This document shows, in pieces, positions 56,710-64,000 of a stretch of 64,000 nt of DNA. A model generated the notes under the pieces. That model saw only the letters and a program-made list of their open reading frames with translations. It ran no database searches and was not told where the DNA came from. How positions within the stretch are numbered: the first letter of the stretch is position 1; the number at the start of each line of letters is the position of its first letter. This DNA comes from the human T2T-CHM13v2.0 reference genome, Homo sapiens: NCBI RefSeq assembly GCF_009914755.1, contig NC_060941.1; one strand, written 5' to 3'. Both the position numbers and the translations under genes were made by a program.

Positions 56710-57191
56710 TAGTAGAGATGGGGTTTCACCATATTGGCCAGGCTGGTCTCAAACTCCTGACCTCGTGATCCGTCAGCCTCGGCCTCCCAAAGTGCTGGGA
56801 TTATAGGCATGAGCCACGCACCCAGCCCTAGAATGGCATTTTATTTTATTTTTATTTTTAGTTTTTTTGAGGCAGGGTCTCACTGTGTCACTCAGGCTGG
56901 AGTGCAGTGGCACAATCACCGCTTACTGTAGCCTCGACCTCCCTGGTCTCAGGTGATTCTCCTGCCTCAGCCTTCTGAGTAGCTGGGACTACAGGCATGT
57001 GCCACCATGCCTGGCTGATTTTTGTATTTTTTTGTAGAAACAGGGTTTTACCATGTTGCCCAGGCTGGTCTTGAACTCCTGGGCTGGAGTGATTCACCAC
57101 CTCAGCCTCCCAAAGTGCTAGGATTACAGACATGAGCCACCGCACCCAGCCCAGGATGGCATTTTACAAAGATCCCTGTGGCTGCAGACTG

Positions 57192-57450
57192 GGGTGTGTG
57201 AGAATGTGTATATGTGTCTGAGTGTGTACGTGTGTTTGTGTGTGACTGTGTGAATATGTATGTGTGAGAGACTGTATACATGTAAGTATGTATGTGAATA
57301 TGTGTGTGTGTGAGTCTGTGTGTATGTGTGATTGTGTACATGTGCTTATGTGTATGCATGTGTGTTTATGTCTGTATGTATGTGTGTACATGTTTATACG
57401 TATGTATTTATGTGTCAGTGCATGTGTATTTGTGAGTATATGTGTGTGTT
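57192..57450 (+). repeat. Degenerate (TG/TA)n repeat
   Basis: Direct reading. Confidence 0.9.
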
Positions 57451-57905
57451 AGGGAGGAGCATGGTGTGGGGTGGGGAGTCTCTTGAGGGTAGGAGGAGAT
57501 GAGGGTCTGGTGGCGGCTTGGGCTGGTAGTGACAGGCCCGGCAGCCCCAAGAGCCCCTGGAAGCAGAATTGCGACCCTTGGTGACTGCTTGGGTGCAGGA
57601 GGATGCAGGGTGACACGCAGCCTCCTAACTGGATGTAGGAGAGAAAAACAAGATACACCAGGCATTTGGAAAGCCAAAGAACACGTGTTTGCTTGTGAAA
57701 ACTTAAGGAATGTTTTGGTGGGATATGTTGAAATTGTTGCCTAAAACGATCGCTGATCTTGTGCCCCTCAGTGTGTGGCCTTCGTTTACCCCTGCTTCCC
57801 CTCACTCCCCTGCTTGGGGGCTGGGTGGTCATGACAGCCTCCCCAGTACACAGTGAGCATCTTTTAGTTTGATGTTTTCTTGGAGAGCTTTTTATTTTAT
57901 CCTTA

Positions 57906-58202
<297 letters not shown>

Positions 58203-59293
58203 TCAAAACAAAAAACAAAAACAAAGTAGATTGGACAAGCAGTTTAAAGATATATCAAAACAAAAGTACTGTGAAAAAGTTAAATCAGATTTTTCCTGCA
58301 TTTTCTGTAAGTCCTTGCTGAGGTCCAGATTTAGTTTTCAGCTAGGTGTGACCGTCGCCTGCCTTGCTGCCGATGTCCTGAAGATGCTTCATGTTGGCAC
58401 ATGTGGCTTCATCGGGTGGGCTACCATCCTGCATCAATAGTGGGCCGTTTCCATGGTTTCTGGTCTGTTGCTGGTCTGGCTTGGCAGGTGGCAGAGCCTG
58501 GGTCAGACCCGCAGTTTGGCCTCAGGGCTCAGGCTCCAGAGAACCACTGTGCAGCCTTTTACTTCGTACACACAGCTCTTTTCACCAAGATGTGTTTTTA
58601 CTGGGTCAGCAGGCATGAATGTTTTCCCTGAAGAGTTTTTTTTTTTAATTTTTATTTTTGAGACAGGGCCTTGCTCTGCAACAGGCTGGAGTGCAGAGGT
58701 GTGATCATAGCTGAGGAGGCTGAGGCGGGTGGATCACGAGGTCAGGAGTTCGAGAACAGCCTGGCCAACATAGTGAAACCCCGTCTCTACTAAAAATACA
58801 AAAATTAGCCAGGTGTGGTGGCGGCCGCCTGTAGTCCCAGCTACTTGGGAGGCTGAGGCTGGAGAATCACTTGAACCCGGGAGGCAGAGGTTGGAGAATT
58901 GCTTGAATCCAGGAAGCAGAGGTTGTGGTGAGCCGAGATTGCGCCACTGCATTTCAGCCTGGATAACACAGCGAGACTAAGTCTCCAAAAAAAAAAAAAA
59001 AAAAAAGATAATAAATAAATAAAAAATAAGGGAGATAAAGTTCTGTTTTCTTTTTTTGTTTTGAAATCAAGATATTTGTTTTAGTCAGGTTCTTTTGGTT
59101 GCAAAGAAGAGTCTCACTTAAATGTCCCTAAGCAACTATGTTGCCTAAGGATGCCCAGTGCATCTTAATTGCTGGATGAGTTGCCACAAAGTGAACACTC
59201 TCACAACCAGATCCAGAAACAGAACAGCCCCGCCTTGAAGATCCTCTGTGCCCCCAGTCGTGCCCACCCCTCCCCAGGAAGCTGTGCTCCTGA

Positions 59294-59695
<402 letters not shown>

Positions 59696-59889
59696 TAGCA
59701 AGGATGGTCTCAATCTCCTGACCTTGTGATCTGCCCGCCTCGGCCTCCCAAAGTGCTGGGACCACAGCTCGCATGTCTTTTTGGGAACATGTATCTAATA
59801 TGTCTCTGGTGTTGATTCCTAGGGGTGGAATTGCTGGGAGATAGAGAATACAAATGTTCAGCTCTAGGAGATACCGCCACACCCTTCTT

Positions 59890-60541
59890 ATTTTATTTTA
59901 TTTTTTCATATTAAAACAACATTTATTTTAGGTTTAGAGGTACATGTGCAGGTTTGTTATATAGGTGAACTCACGTCACAGTGGTTTGTGTACAGATTAT
60001 TTTGTCAGCCAGGTATTAAGCCTAGTACCCAATAGCTTTTTTTTTTTTCCGGATGTGCAGGTTTGTTATATAGGTGAACTCATGTCACAGAGGTTTGTGT
60101 ACAGATTGTTTTGTCAGCCAGGTATCAAGCCTAGTACCCAATAGCTTTTTTTTTCAGATCCTCTCCCTCCTCCCACCGTCTACCCTCAAGTAGGCCCCAG
60201 TGTGTGTTGTTCCCTTCTTTGTGTTTGCATGTTCTCTTCATTTAGCTCCCACTTATAAGTGAGAACATGCGGTGTTTGGTTTTCTGTTCCCGTGTTAGTT
60301 TGCTAAGGATAATGGCCTCCATGTTCCCACAAAGGACATGATCTTATTTTTTTGTGTGGCTGCATAGTATTCCATAGCCTATATGCACCACCTTTTCTTT
60401 TCTATATGTTGATCTCTGGCATGTACCACATTTTCTTATCTGATCTGTCATTGATGGACATTTAGGTTGATTCCATGTCTTTGCTATTGTGAGTAGTGCT
60501 GCAGTGAACATAAGCATGCGTGTCTTTATGGTAGAAGGATT
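59890..60541 (-). mobile_element. L1 (older L1PA/L1PB) 3' end nested in an older L1M relic
   Basis: Typical antisense L1 3'UTR sequence (GGTACATGTGCAGGTTTGTTATATAGG...TTTAGCTCCCACTTATAAGTGAGAACATGCGG...GGTTGATTCCATGTCTTTGCTATTGTG). Confidence 0.85.
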
Positions 60542-60960
60542 TCTAGCTTTGTGTGAGAGTCCCAGTTCCTCCACATGCTTGCCAATACCTGGAACGCATG
60601 TTATCTTGAAAGTTTTGTAGAAAAACACCTACAGTCCTTACCCTTGAGACTTGTACAGATAATACTAGGAAGTGTCTCTTACATGGGAGAGTCTTTTTGT
60701 AACTGTTGGATGACTGCGCCAATGCCATCAATGACTTTGTGAGGTTTGGTGGAATAAGGAGCTTGGTAGAAGCTGGATTGCTGCGGAATAATTGTTAAGA
60801 AGGCAAAGGGAAGGGGAGGTGGTGGTCACACACCATGGGGGGTGTAGGAGGAGCAAGGTGGGCTGGTGACTGAAGGAGGCCACAGTAAAACAATGTTTTC
60901 TTTGAGAAGGAGCCAGTGCAGGGGAGAGTCAAGGCAGGGGAGAATGTGGTGAAGCAAGCG

Positions 60961-61116
60961 GCACTGCTGAGGAGGGGTTAGAGCCCCAGGGCTGGGAGGC
61001 GGAGGGAGGCGTGCACTGCTGTGGAGGGGTTAGAGCCCCAGGGCTGGGAGGCGGAGGGAGGCGTGCACTGCTGTGGAGGGGTTAGAGCCCCAGGGCTGGG
61101 AGGCGGAGGGAGGCAT
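60961..61116 (+). repeat. 52-bp G-rich minisatellite, 3 copies
   Basis: GCACTGCTG(A/T)GGAGGGGTTAGAGCCCCAGGGCTGGGAGGCGGAGGGAGGC(G/A)T units start at 60961, 61013 and 61065. Confidence 0.95.
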
Positions 61117-62084
61117 GGGTGTGGGAGCTGTCTCGCTCTGTACTTTGTATCTCTTTATAATTTGCAAACATTTTAAAAGGTGGATTAATTTCCCTAATCC
61201 TGACAAAGGCCCTAGCAGGCTTATTTTGTTACAGTTGAGTAAACTGAGGCTATTTGGAGAGCACAGCCAACCTTACCAAATTCTTTGGGTGTTAAGCGGC
61301 GAGCCAGGAGCTGCATCTAGCGCTGGGACAGCTTTGGTGCCCGGTTTCTACACTGCTCTTGCTTAGTTTTGAGTGCAGCCTTTCTGGCAGTTTCTCATTG
61401 GTTTAAAGTCCCTCCTTATGTGGAGTCAGACAACTTTGATGGACTTGAAGAATTGAAGAGGCAACATAGTTTTTATCTAAGAGAATGGGATTTGGAGTCC
61501 CACTGACCTTTCTCCAAGCTGGTTCCACGGCTCTCTACCTGTCTGCTCCTGGTCTGAGTCTGAGTGTTTTCATCAATCAAGTGGGTCTAAGACTCCTCCT
61601 GCATAGCGCAGCTGTAGGGATTAAGCAGGATAATATTGAGAAATTCCCTGGGACTGCTTGACTGTAGTTTAAGAGCCCAATGTTTGGTGCCTGTCTCATG
61701 CCGTGGTCAGCTTCTGTGCAGCAAATAGAGATAGCGCGGTAACTCTGTGTGTGCTGTTATGGAGAGGTTTCCCAGATGTTACTAAGTAAAAACAATGCAA
61801 AACAAGGCACAGAACAGATTTTATGGTATGAACCTATTTGTGTTTTTAAAAAGGTATATGTACACATAAATAAAATAATTATATAAAAAATTTATGGAAG
61901 GTATACACTTATACACAGGTATGGGAGGTAGGGGTAGGTAGAATTATAAGAATGTATATTTTCCTGGCTGGGTGCGGTGGCTCACGCCTGTAATCCCAGC
62001 TCTTAGGGAGGCCGAGGCAGGCGGATCATGAGGTCAGGAGATCGAGATCATCCTGGCTAATACGGTGAAACCCCTCCTCTACTA

Positions 62085-64000
<1,916 letters not shown>

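Overview
This is primate genomic DNA, almost certainly human chr17q25.3, containing the 5' end of RPTOR (Raptor, the mTORC1 scaffold). About 40 kb of repeat-rich upstream sequence is followed by a CpG-island promoter and long 5' UTR (~40150-41087), coding exon 1 (41088-41249, MESEMLQSPLLGLGEEDEADL...WRMKDR, GT donor at 41250), and the first ~23 kb of intron 1. The window also holds two processed pseudogenes (CMC2-like, RPL32-like), a compact SVA, a full-length HERV-K(HML-2) LTR5_Hs-type solo LTR with a 6-bp TSD, about 60 Alu copies or fragments, MaLR LTRs, hAT and Tigger DNA transposons, L1/L2/MIR relics and several simple or tandem repeats. Almost all long entries in the ORF track are Alu or simple-repeat artefacts. 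I see no convincing new protein-coding system. The most unusual signals are: (1) a ~280-bp patchwork of three locally templated segments, two inverted, that splits an Alu in intron 1 and looks like a fossil multi-step template switch; (2) a chain of overlapping stop/start uORFs at the start of the RPTOR 5' UTR; (3) an antisense LTR5_Hs with an intact OCT4-type motif and an SVA, whose homologous sequences bracket RPTOR exon 1; (4) a diverged CMC2 retrocopy that keeps a CpG-dense 5' end. Repeat subfamily names and parent-gene comparisons are from memory, not from database searches. Repeat boundaries are approximate unless TSDs are quoted.
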